Under the pieces are notes generated by a model, which saw only the letters and a list, made by a program, of their open reading frames with translations, was not told the DNA's origin and ran no database searches. Made by a program: the position numbers and the translations under genes. From Azolla caroliniana (lineage: Eukaryota; Plantae; Polypodiophyta): DNA of 64,000 nt. The DNA is taken from contig JBHGNT010000022.1 of the NCBI GenBank assembly GCA_043228905.1, positions 9,858,001-9,922,000 of the forward strand, written 5' to 3'. Of this stretch, positions 25,393 through 37,199 are shown piece after piece (positions within the stretch are counted from its first letter, which is position 1; each line of letters begins with the position of its first letter).

Positions 25393-26937
25393 GGTATAAA
25401 TAATAGTTATATATATATGTGGGATGAAACTTAAATGTTGTATGGAGCACGTAATTCGGTTGCTCCGTTGTGCCTATAAAGCATTTCCTTGCTGCGTTTT
25501 TATACTGCCGCAACGCCCATCATTGATGTCAATCGAAGGTTTCATTAAATATTAGTGATAACAACATCCATGGAAATTGGAGTCTTAGATTGAAAACAAA
25601 CGAGAATGGTTTTGCCTTCCCTCACGTTTTCTAAAATTGTATGCTTGTTCTTTTTCAAGCAATTAACCTTTTTGAGTTGATTTTGATGAGGTATCAATGT
25701 ATTTCATTGGGAGCATTGAATTGAAAAAGAAGTAATGTTTTGAGTACATGAGTACATAGCCTGTTTGCACTTTTGAGCGGACAAGAACGTTAATGTTTCA
25801 TGCTTGCGTGGGAGATTTTGGTTGTGAATGGCAATGTCACAATGCATGAGATGCTCAGGTTAAATTTCTTGAGAATGATGCTTGGCAAAAGATTTCATTA
25901 AAATGACTGTGCGTAACAATCACAATGAAAATTAAAACGTTGGCGCGTCCACGAAGACCCATTATTTTGCGTCCCTTCATGTTTCGATTAATTTTCAACC
26001 TCTTTAGTTTCAAACAATTTAATTTATTGGAATAGTTTTGATGGTGTATAGACCCATTTCACCACTACCGTAATTATTAGAAAAGAAGGAAAAAGGTAAC
26101 TTGTCCTTGGGTTAGATAATCTTTTTCTCACTTTTTGAAGAGAGGAAATGTTTGATATTAGGAAAACGTGTTTATGTGCCATTTTTATTCACATTTCGAG
26201 GCTTCCCTATCCCACGAATGCATATGACCACGCACGGCATTTTTGTGTTGGAAAAAATACCAATGGTCGGGAGCATGACGTGTTTACGTTTTACTGTGGT
26301 TCCCACATTCAGAGGCTGTGCATTCTCCCTTACTTGGTTGCATCCCAAAGTTATCCAGTATCTCACACCGTAGGGCTCAATGTCCTTCATCATACCGTGA
26401 AGTTTGAATATAAGGTGGGTTTGTCTGTTTCCTAGTCACGGATTGAGATGCTATAAATGCGTGCGCTTGAACCCAAGAGTATGCAAGACTTAGACATTGC
26501 CAAAATGGATCGGAGGAAAACCTCATTCATTTAACCGTTATTCAAAGATTTCTCCTTTCAATGTTATCTTGCGGTGAGAGAACCTTTTAACCGTCTCACG
26601 TTGTGGCATGTGCGAACGGCGAAAAGCGCCTAAAACCCAAATTTTATGATAATCTGAGATTCCAAGTGAAGAAGAAGTCGGTTAAAAGTAGACGGCCATT
26701 CAATTGATGACGGGAGATAACTCACGCGCTAAGAGTTCTTCTCTTGAACAATAATGGCAAGGGTTCAAATATCTTAGGGACAACGAATGGGTTTCGCATT
26801 ATATATTAGAGGCGGAATATGGGAAGCGGGTTATGGTGGGAACTAGGTTATATGGCAAACCAAAACTAGCGATGCGTCCTTTGAAAAAGTGTGGTGTCTG
26901 TGACAAGTGGCAATGGATGATGTCGATTTTATTTTTG

Positions 26938-29553
26938 TTGACCACAGCCGGAAGTTGTGGGCCACACCGTTGAAGACGAAGGATCAGGTGTTATCTGTCT
27001 TCAAAGAGCTCCACGAGAGAGTGGAAAGAGAAACCGGCCGAAAGCTGAAGGCGGTTCGAGCAAATAATGGAGGAGAGTACCGAGGGCAGTTTGAGGAGTA
27101 CTGCAGCTCGAAGCGAATCCGGCTCGAATTTACCGTGCCGAAGACGCCGGAACTAAACGGACTGGCCGAGAGGATGAACCGGACCATAATGGAGAGGGTC
27201 CGGAGTATGCTAGCGCATGCAAAACTACCTAAGAAGTTTGGGGCTGAGGCTCTGTCGACGGCGACATACGTGATAAACAGATCACCCTCAGTACCCTTGG
27301 AGTGTGGTCCAGTAAGGACGTGTCCTACCGGCATCTGAAGGTGTTCGGGTGTCTCGCGTACGTGCATGAGAACCATACGTACAAATTGGTGGAGTTGCCA
27401 AAAGGAAAGTGGGCACTTCGAAACAAGTGGGTCTACAAGTTGAAACCGGGAGATGCCGGGAACCCCCCGAGATACAAAGCCAGGATCATGGTGAAGGGGT
27501 TCCAACAGAAGAAGGGCGTGGACTTCGGCGAGATATTTGCCCTGGTAGTAAAGATGACCTCCATCCGGACGGTGCTGAGTATAGCAGCAAGCATGGACCT
27601 CGAGGTAGAGCAGCTGGACGTGAAGACGACATTCCTTCACGGTGACCTTGAAGAGGAGATCTACATGCAGCAACTGGAAGGTTTCGTGGAGAAAGGGAAG
27701 AAGCACCTGGTATGCCGGTTGAAGAAGAGCCTGTACAGACTGAAGCAGGCTCCCCGACAATGGTACCGGAAGATTGACTCCTTCATGACCGATCAAGGGT
27801 ACCACAAGACGCAGGCCGATCACTGCGTGTTTGTGAAGAAGTTCGAAGGAGGAGACTTCCTGATACTCCTCCTGTACGTGGATGACATGTTGATCGTTGG
27901 ACTGGACCAAGTCAAAAAACGGATGCTAAAGAAGGCTCTCAACCGGATCTTCTCAATGAAAGACTTGGGTCCGGCAAGACAGATGTTGGGGATGCACATC
28001 ATTCGGGACCGGTCAGTGAAGCAATTATGGCTGTCACAGGAGAAGTATGTGACAAAGGTGCTTCACCGATTCAACATGTCAGAAGCGAAACCGGTCGGAT
28101 CGACACTTCCGGCAAACTGCAGGCTATCCGGTAAGCAAAGCCCGAAGACGAAAGCAGAGAAGGCGGATATGATGAAGATTCCATATGCCTCTGCCGTCTG
28201 GAGCTTGATGTACGCAATGGTGTGTACCCGACCGGACATAGGATATGCAGTCGGAGTGGTGAGCCGGTTTATGAGCAATCCCGGCAAGGAGCACTGGAAC
28301 GCGGTCAAATGGATACTCCGGTATTTGAAGGGCACTTTAAATATGTGTCTCCGATTCGGCTCCGGAAAACCTCAACTGGACGGTTTCACCGATTCGGACA
28401 TGTCGGCTGATGTGGATACTAGCCGGTCTACATCCGGGTATGTAATGACATATACAGGGGGAGCTGTTTCGTGGCAGCCTCGAAGACGGTTGCATTGTCA
28501 ACCACGGAGGTGGAGTACATGGCAGCTGTGGAAGCCGGCAAGGAAATTTTATGGATGAAGGACTTCATCGGAGAGCTCGGTAAACGGCAAGAGGAATACC
28601 GACTCTATTGCGACAGTCAAAGTGCCATCCACCTTGCTAAGAATGCGGCCTACCATTCCCGGACGAAACATATCCAACGGAGGTATCACTGGATCCGGGA
28701 AAGAGTAGATGACCAGGAGTTCGCACTGACGAAGATCCACACGGCCAAGAACGGGTCAGATATGCTGACCAAAGTGCTGACACCCGACAAGCTGGACGCA
28801 TGCCGGAAGAGGATCATACTTGTAAGACACCCCATGCCGGAGTGAAGGGGGAGTTTGTTGGGAGACAGGTCCCTCCGGATGGGAAGGGAGAAACCGGATG
28901 AGGAGTACCCGGCTACGGAGAGCCGGATGGTGCAGGCCCGGTGTGAACCGTATGAGGAGCACCCGGCTACGGAGAGCCGGATGGTGCAGGCCCGGTGTGA
29001 ACCGGATGAGGAGCACCCGGCTACGGAGAGCCGGATGGTGCAGGCCCGGTGTGAACCGGATGAGGAGCACCCGGCTACAGAGAGCCGGATGACGCAGACC
29101 CGGTGCGAACCGGAGGAAGAGACATATTCATAAATATGTTTCTGAGAGCCCATCGAGGCTACATTTGTAAATAGCCGAAAAGTCATATTAGTATAAATAT
29201 GACTTAGGGCAAACTTTTAGTGTTGGTTGTCATTTTCTGTTTTGCACGAGATTTGTGTGCGTAACTGTACAGAGAGAGAAAGAGGTCGTTGCCTCTGTTG
29301 TAACCGCCGCCTGTGGCGAAGATTTTGAGCACGAGGTCGGTGCCTCAGTGAACTCACTATTGTATATTCCTACATAGTGATAGTTTGCAGCCTGTGGGCT
29401 GCCGTGGTTTTTCCCCTAGTTTGGGGTTTTCCACGTAAACCTCATGTGTATTCTCTCCTTCTTTGTGTCGCATTTTATTTCCCGTTTTCTGTGTATCATT
29501 CTAAGCTCGGTTGTGGCCGAGCGTTGTGTATAAGGAGCGTTGAGTTCCCGTCA
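26938..29553 (+). mobile_element. 5'-truncated Ty1/Copia element (partial IN, RT, RNase H, 3' LTR 28856-29553), inserted into a Gypsy integrase
   Basis: DHSRKLW...TPELNGLAERMNRTI (IN); QLDVKT and LYVDDML (RT); RTKHI and DMLTK (RNase H). PPT GAAGGGGGAG, then TGTTGG...CCGTCA. Frameshifts and an internal deletion. Confidence 0.93.
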
Positions 29554-31990
29554 TGTTTGTGGGCTCGGCCAATCCGTTCGCTTGTGGATAGTAAGGTGTG
29601 ATGCGCTTACGCATTACCGCATAGAACGATGTCAGGCTTTCAACGACTTGCCTCAGGAATTGACTGCCTTGGTCGCTGATGACCTCGATCGGGCACCCAT
29701 GCAGGCACCGTATGTACTCATATAAAAATTTCGCCATCGATGTTGCGATGTTATGCCTGAGCGTTTTTGCTTCTACCCATTTTGTGTGGTAGTCGGTCAC
29801 CACGATAATGTACTGGATTCCCGTTTGTATCGCCAGAGGCTTGAATTGCCCCACGAAGTCCAATACCGATTTCTGAAAAGGTTCAAAGGGCAATACGGGT
29901 TGATGGGGCATCCGCGCTTGATCTGTGGTTGACCCATCCATTGGCAAAGATCCTATTCTTTGCAATACCGGATTGAATCCTTCAGGGTTGTCGGCTAACA
30001 TAGCCCACTTCTCCAAATTTTCCGGGCGTTGGCATCGACAATATAGTGGCCTCCGACAACACTACAATGGGCTTGTCTAAAATTGCTTCCTTTTCATCAC
30101 TCGTTACCACGCGCCGCCAGATTCCATCCGCTCCCTTGTGATAGAGTGTATCCTGTATTAAACAAAAGTGTCGACTCTGGACCGCCAACCGTTTCCGTTC
30201 ATCCCGGCTCAGTTCTTCTGGAGGCAATCTAGTACTAAGTAACAGATGCATGTTGGTGAGCCATATATCTTCGATGGCCACTGTGTCATCCACTACCGTA
30301 ACTGTGGTGACTTTGAATAGCTCTGCATCAGGGAACTCGTCACGGACTCCGTCACCTGCCTCTCTGGATTTCAGCCAGTTCAAGTAGTCTGCCACCACGT
30401 GTTGTACTCCCGGTCGGTGGAATATTTCGAATTCGAATTCTTGCACTAGTAATGTTGACCGTGCTAATTTGCCAATTAGGGATGCCTTGGATACCAAATA
30501 TAGTAATGCCCACCGTGCTAATTTACCAATTAGGGATGCCTTGGATACCGAATGGTCCACATCGAAGGAAAACTTGCATCCTAACATATTGTGGCAGTAC
30601 TTTGTGACGCTGCATATCATTCGGAGGGCTTCTCTCCCCATTGTAGAATAATTTTGTTCCGCCTTTGAGAGTTTCCGGCTTGCGTAATACACTGGACGAT
30701 ACTACCTCGGTTTGGTCAACTGCATTGAGCACACTTCCTATTGCTATGTCGGACGCGTCCACGAACATGTGAAAATCTTTCGTCCAGTCCGTTGGTTGTA
30801 CTGCTGGGGCCTGTGATAGCATCACCTTTAGTTGCGAAGTCCGCTAGATATCGGAGCATCCGGCTATGCCATCGAATCTACCCCAAAACCGGCTCAATGC
30901 CTTGGTGTTAGTCGGTGTCGGTGCTTTTAAGATGGTTGTCACCTTGTATGGATCTACAACGATTCCGTCTTTACAGACAATGTGCCTTAGTAGCGTCCCG
31001 CTGGTGACCCCAAAAACACATTTCGCCGGATTCAAGCTTAGATGGAATCCCCGACACTTCTCCAAACACATCCGAAGATGGTTCAAATGATCTCCTTTCT
31101 GGCTATAAACTGCAAAATCATCCAAAAACACCTGCATGAATGCTGGAATATATTCCCCGAATATTTCCATGATAATCCCCTAGAATGTTGTTGGTGCCAT
31201 CTTTAGGCCGAACATGATTACTACCGCGACGAACACTCCCCATTCCCTAACGAATGTCATTTTCTCCTGATCCACCAGGTGCATCTGGATTTGATTATAC
31301 TTGTTGAATCCGTCGAGGAAACTATATATCTCATGACCGGCTACCTCGTCCAAGACCCCATTCGTGAATGGTGGTGGAAATGTGTCTGTTACCATAGCGG
31401 CGTTGAGCTTCCGATAGTCCACACAGACTTGAATCTTGTCATTCTTCTTTGGGACGACAACAATCAGACTTAGCCATGTAGCTTGTTTTACCGGTCGGAT
31501 AAAACCAACCCTCACCACCTTGTTGATTTCTTCTTTGACTCTCGTTGCATAATTCGGGTTCATCTGGTACCTTCGCTGCACTACCGGTTTCGCGTCCTTG
31601 CTAAGGTGTAGTTGGGGATCTAGCCCTCGCATATCTTCGTATGACCAGGTGAACATGTCTCGAAATTCTTTAAGGAGTTCAATAGTTGCTTCCTTCTCCT
31701 CCAGGACCATTTCCTTTGCCACGTACACTGCTTTTGGTGCGTCCCAAGTCCCAAGGTCCACCTCTTCTAGTTGAGATGCCTTCACTCGTTGAGATACCAC
31801 CATTTCTCGTTCCAGCGATTCCTGCGCTTGTGTTCACAGATCGCCTCCTGATCCGGCTCCTTAAGGACTTCCTCTGAGTGCACGACATATGGTGTGACGG
31901 CTTCGGTGATATCTACTTCAAACAACGGAACTATCTTCGGGTGTTCATCTACGTGCCGGTTAAGCCAAAACTGAACTGTTGCCTATTCCT
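29554..31990 (-). mobile_element. Degenerate Ty3/Gypsy pol fragment (RT-RNase H-IN), Athila/Tat-like
   Basis: VVVPKKN...VCVDYRKLN, FLDDF, VDASDIAIG, YYASRKLS.AEQNYS, VISDQG...YYPQANGLAE in Gypsy order, with many stops and frameshifts. Cut inside IN by the Copia LTR; right boundary approximate. Confidence 0.9.
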
Positions 31991-33259
31991 AACACAACCC
32001 CCTTAGCGTAGAGCATTATTATTGCATGGCTAAACTTTTCAGCCACTCTTGGATATTTGAAAAAGCATTAGAAATGATTGAAGAGATGCCTTTTTCTGTG
32101 AATCTTACAAGTATATGCAATCTTGTGGTCAATGTTACCAAAGTTCATTTCTCCTCCCCCAATCCACAAAACCTTTGGAATTTAGGGATCTATATTGAAA
32201 AATGGGCCTCATATGTGGAACCATTTATCACCACAAGAAGAAGTTGCATTATCTAGTATGCTTAATAACTCCCCTATGCATAATACAATCCCTATATTTC
32301 TAAAAGGAAAATGTTTAACTAGCCATGTGTTTGGCCTATTGATCAATGAGAGAAACTAATAAAAGATAAGAGTGAAGTAAAGCATATAGATCAATAAATG
32401 AAACAAAATGATTATACTACAAGAAATGGTACATTTAGAACATAACATAAAAAATAACGTTTCGCTATTAATTCACTAGGAAAAATAGCTACACTTCCTA
32501 ACTGTAGTAAACTAGCAGAGTTGAGGTTTAAAATTAAAGGCAATTCTAAAATGGCTTTAACTCAATTGTTTTATCCTTAAATTTGGATGTCACAAAATTA
32601 TTCTGAATATGGAGCTCTTAAAAAAATAGAATTCCTTAAAATCTGTTCAAAACGTACGGGTAAGGTATGAGTATCCATATGCTAGTGTTTTCTCTCTGTG
32701 TTTTGATTAGTATACCACATTCCGCATACATATCAACCACGACATTCTCGACACAGATCTTTCTTTCATACCATATGTTTACAACTGAGAAATGCATGAT
32801 TTCACAGCCCCCCAACCTAGTTCATACATTGGCACATTTCTTAACACAACAAACGTAGGTCATCGACAGAATTTCTCCATTATGCATTTGTTCAAAGGAA
32901 TTTAGTGCTTCTTGGGGCCCTCCATCTTTATACTCCAGCATCACTGTTAACCTCACATTCACTGTCAATCACCTATTGACACATGATTCTTTTCTCATGG
33001 CATATTTTTAAATTATGAGTAATGGAGACAATGAAGAGCGTCAATATCATCTCCTTGATGGTTATCAAGAAAGCTTGTACAAGATAGCAACAACCGTAGA
33101 TAATATTTCCTTTTCATCTTCTAGCACCATTTTCGGCTATAGTGAAAATAATTAATGGGCATACCTGCAAACCAAGAATGAATGCAGCTATAACAAACAT
33201 ATTCGATGACCAATAGCTATATAAACGAATATAGGGCATACTTGTTTTACATCCATTCT

Positions 33260-35281
33260 TCAATCAGGTTCAATCCACCAATTATCATGACATCCTCGGC
33301 TTGCTAATATCATTGATTCTATCTTATTCGCCTCATCTTGCATAGCTGCATCTGCATAGATATTGAACATACAAACGTAAACCGCTGGTTCTTTTATATC
33401 CAGCTTCACTGCATGTTTGAAAGCATACCTCCCCAGCTCGACATTTCTCCATTTCCTACAAGCACCTAATACAGATAGCCAGAATCGAATGCTCGGATGA
33501 AATGGCATTTTCTTGATTAGTTCTATTGCCATGCTTATATGTCCGGCTCGGGCAAAAAGATCAACCATACAAGAATAGTGCTCGGGCGTATATACAATAC
33601 CATAGTCATTAATACCCAAGAGCTCAAAGTATTCTTGTCCTTTCCGGACTAGACCTGCATGACTACATACATTAAGAATGTTAACGAATGTTACAAAGTT
33701 TGGCTTGATACCTTTCTCTAGCATTTGGTTGAGAATAAGGAAAACACTTTTACTCTCTCCTAGTTGGGCATATCCTGTGATTAGTGCAGTCCATGATACT
33801 ACAGTTTGAACTGAAAGCTTCTCGAAAACCTCTCGTGCTTCGGTAAGTAAACCACACTTTGCATACATATCAACAACAATGTTCCCAACAAGGATCTCTC
33901 TTTCATATCCCATCTTTACAACCTCAGAATGTAGCTTTTCTCCCTTTACTAAAGCTCCTATTTTTCCACATCCCTTCAAACAACAAATATAGGTCACATC
34001 ACATGGAATTATAGATTCATTTTGCATTTCCTCGAAAAAATAAAGTACCTCTTCACCATATCCAAGTTCGGCATACCCGGTGATTAAAGCTGTCCATAAA
34101 ACTGTATTCCGGGTAGGAAGCATAAAAAGAACAGATTGTGCTTCCGAAAGGAAACTACATTTACAATACATATCGACCAAGCTACTGCCGACAAAGATAT
34201 CTCTATCGAAACCCAGTTTGGTAGCATTTGAATGCATGTTTTGGCCCTTTTCTATCGATTTAATGCTTCCACAAGCTCTCAAACAGCATACTAATGTGCC
34301 AGCATCAGGACAAAGACCTTCACATTGCATTTCATCAAAGCAATTGAAGGCTTCTTCACTATTATTACCATGTTCCAAATAGCCTCCAATTAAAGCAGTC
34401 CAAGAAACGACATCGTGGGTTCGAATCTTCTTGAACACTTCTCGTGCCTCAGGAAGGGAGCCACGTTTAGCATACATATCGACCAAAGTGCTAGCCACGA
34501 CAAGGGATGTGTCTAACCCTTTCTTCACAATTTCATCATGGATTTCCTGGCCCTTACTCTCGTACCCAGGGTTGTCACATGCCTTTAGGACACAAACATA
34601 TGCAACATCATCCATGAAGAGACCCTCTTGTTGCATCTTGTCGAGGTAATATATTGCCCTTTCGCCATTTCCGAGTTCAACATAACCTGCAATCAATGAT
34701 GTCCAAGTCTCCATGCTTCTCAGAGATGGAATTTTATCAAACACTTGTTGTGCATTTGAAATTGAACCACATTTCCTATACATATAGATCAAGGCATTTC
34801 CAATAACATCCTGATCATGTTCATTTTTCATAAACCTTAAACTCTCAATTTTTTCATGAATTTCCTGACCTTTGTCAATGTCTTTGAGGTGAGCACATGC
34901 TTTAAGCAATGCAACAAAGGTGGATACATCAAGCATTTGTATGGCATCATCATCTAGAAGAATTTTTTCAAAGAGAGAGAAAGCATGCTCGACATGACCA
35001 CATTTAACATAACTCATGATGAGAGAATCCAACATACTCTCTCTTCTCACCCTATCACTTCTTTGCTCTGTTCTAGGATGAGACACATGTTGATGGGAAT
35101 GGATCATGCTATCCACATGTGGGGACACACACATGGCATGATGATCACCAGGAGAAGGGTGTCTCTCAAGCCCTGTTCTGGTGAGGAGATCATGAATGTA
35201 CAATATTCGGGTGAGGTTCTTCTCTCTTCTGAAACAGAGTAAAAAGGAGGAGAACCAATGTAGAGATGGTGATGGGGGCAT
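33260..35281 (-). CDS. Intronless PLS-class pentatricopeptide repeat protein with E domain and no DYW (organellar RNA editing factor-like)
   Basis: 673-aa ORF with repeated P-L-S triplets (VVSWTALI.GY / TYICCLKGCG / LVDMY.KCG.L.EA..VF), E motif HYSCMVDLFARAG...WLSVLGACRKW, ending at a PG-box-like GC...WWIE. Confidence 0.93.
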   Translation of the reverse strand: MPPSPSLHWFSSFLLCFRREKNLTRILYIHDLLTRTGLERHPSPGDHHAMCVSPHVDSMIHSHQHVSHPRTEQRSDRVRRESMLDSLIMSYVKCGHVEHAFSLFEKILLDDDAIQMLDVSTFVALLKACAHLKDIDKGQEIHEKIESLRFMKNEHDQDVIGNALIYMYRKCGSISNAQQVFDKIPSLRSMETWTSLIAGYVELGNGERAIYYLDKMQQEGLFMDDVAYVCVLKACDNPGYESKGQEIHDEIVKKGLDTSLVVASTLVDMYAKRGSLPEAREVFKKIRTHDVVSWTALIGGYLEHGNNSEEAFNCFDEMQCEGLCPDAGTLVCCLRACGSIKSIEKGQNMHSNATKLGFDRDIFVGSSLVDMYCKCSFLSEAQSVLFMLPTRNTVLWTALITGYAELGYGEEVLYFFEEMQNESIIPCDVTYICCLKGCGKIGALVKGEKLHSEVVKMGYEREILVGNIVVDMYAKCGLLTEAREVFEKLSVQTVVSWTALITGYAQLGESKSVFLILNQMLEKGIKPNFVTFVNILNVCSHAGLVRKGQEYFELLGINDYGIVYTPEHYSCMVDLFARAGHISMAIELIKKMPFHPSIRFWLSVLGACRKWRNVELGRYAFKHAVKLDIKEPAVYVCMFNIYADAAMQDEANKIESMILASRGCHDNWWIEPD

Positions 35282-35517
35282 ACCTTTTATTCATCTGCTT
35301 CTTGTAAGTGACCAAATGATAGTGTCTGTCCCAAGGAAACCATGGGCCATCCGACACAACTTTATCTCACAAAAATCTATTCGGCCCGACAATCCCATGC
35401 CGACGAACGTGGCCCCCCGCCTTCATTGGCTACGACACGGATGAAAGATACTATGGCATGGCTCGCCAGAAGTTGGACACGATCTAGATTTGCATGGACA
35501 CGTCCTCCTTGGCTCCA

Positions 35518-35921
35518 GAAATTATGTGCATTGGCCCTAGAATCTCGTGTTCATGAACGAAATCAAAGTTTGATATTTGATTAGGTGCATCGCCCATTCC
35601 CTATGGCTATTGAGAACATTAAGGGGGAACGCCAAAATTCATGCCTTCATCATAGGACAAGAGTTTACCCTTCAAGTGGTATATTTGGATAGAACCTAAC
35701 CATGGCTATTGATTAGGTTCATCAGGGGGGGATCATCATCATTGGAATGAAATTATGTGCATTGGCCCTAGAATCTCGTGTTCAGAACGAAATCAAAGTT
35801 TGATATTTGATTAGGTGCATCACCCACTCCCTATGGCCATTGAGAACATTGAGGGGGAACGACAAAATTCATGCCTTCATCATAGGACACGAGTTTACCC
35901 TTCAAGTGGTATATTTGGATA
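35518..35921. repeat. Direct duplication (~173 bp, period 231 bp) upstream of the PPR gene
   Basis: GAAATTATGTGCATTGG...GTATATTTGGATA at 35518-35691 and 35749-35921 with few substitutions. Confidence 0.9.
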
Positions 35922-36369
35922 AAAGCAATAGCCAAGTAACACTTAACATCACATTTTGTGACGTTTCACCTGAGATAGCTAACCTACATGGAAAGCAAGA
36001 AATAGTTTGTTTGGATAATCCACTAATATAAACTATGTATGTTAGGCTTGTGACATTCCCCAAGGTTATTGTGCATATTATAGAATATACTGGTGATAGC
36101 AACCTATGGTGTATCAAAAGATTATTGTTTTTGACAAAAAATAAAACATGGAAACTTTTTATACTATAGTAGTACTAAAATTTAAGACAAAAACAATTTC
36201 GGCAAAAAAAATCTTTCTAGGGAGTGGGGTGGGGGTTATGGCAATAAAAATGGAAAATGGGTGGAATGGTTGTAAGAGGATCCTTACCATTTTGGGGGTT
36301 ATTTCACCCACATTAAACCTTCTTTTCAACTTTGAAGCTTCTTCTTCCTCATCATTTTTCTTCTAACTG

Positions 36370-37005
36370 AGCATTCTCCTAACTCAAAATTGAACCGTAT
36401 GCATGACTCATTCTCCTAACTTACATTTGAAGCTTCTTCCATGAATTATTCTCCAAACTTAGGTTTCAAGGTTCTTCCATGAATTATTCTCCAAACTCAG
36501 ATTTCAAGCTTCTTCCATGAATTATGCTTCGAACTCAAATTTCAAGTTTCTTCCATGACTTGTTCTCCTAACTCATAACTGGAGTTTCTTCTATGAATCA
36601 TTCTCTTAACTCAAATTTGACGCTCCTTTCATGAATCATTCTCCTAACTTAGAGTTGAAACTTCTTCCATGAATCATTTTCTTAACTTAGATTTCAAGCT
36701 TCTTTTTGGAATCATAAATGGTTTGCAGATTCGGAGCTTCTTCCATGAATTGTTATCCTAACTCAAATTTCAAGCTTCTTCCATGACATGTTCTCCTATT
36801 TCATATTTGGAGCATCTTCCCATGAATCATTCTCTTAACTTAGATTTCAAGCTTCTTTCATGAATCATTCTCCTAACTTAGAGTTGAAACTTCTTCCATG
36901 AATCATTTTCCTAACTCAGATTTCAGGCTTCTTTTATGAATCGTAAACAATTTTAAGATTTGGAGCTTCTTCCATGAATCGTACTCGATTTTCAATTTTG
37001 AAGCT
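36370..37005. repeat. ~41-bp minisatellite array
   Basis: Consensus close to AAGCTTCTTCCATGAATCATTCTCCTAACTCAGATTTC, roughly 15 diverged copies. Confidence 0.85.
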
Positions 37006-37199
37006 TGACTCTTATGTGATTTCTTGTCATATTCAATTTTATATTCATATTCCTTATTAGATCATTGCATGTTCTCATATTCGTCTTTCGTTTTTCATTT
37101 CATCACTTTTATATCTAAAATCACGGTTTTCTTGTTTATAAATTTTTTATGTCCCTATCATATTCTTATTCCTTGTAAGAATGCTACATTTTTCATCTT

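Larger units (their letters stand above)
8373..26937. repeat. Head-to-tail tandem array of a 2497-bp unit: 7 full copies plus a 1111-bp partial copy
   Basis: Identical ORFs recur every 2497 bp (2472 bp for the first unit, which has a 25-bp deletion near 9942). Unit starts at 8373, 10845, 13342, 15839, 18336, 20833, 23330 and 25827. Confidence 0.97.

Noticed and set aside
8373-26937. The array as 5S/45S rDNA, tandem TRIM, Helitron concatemer or CRISPR
   Set aside because: No rRNA sequence, no TG...CA/PBS/PPT at the 1111-bp repeated part, no convincing hairpin-CTRR end, and no short repeat-spacer structure.
28686-29186. Repetitive ORFs in Copia LTRs (also 58537-58872)
   Set aside because: Translations of 60-bp and 36-bp U3 minisatellites.
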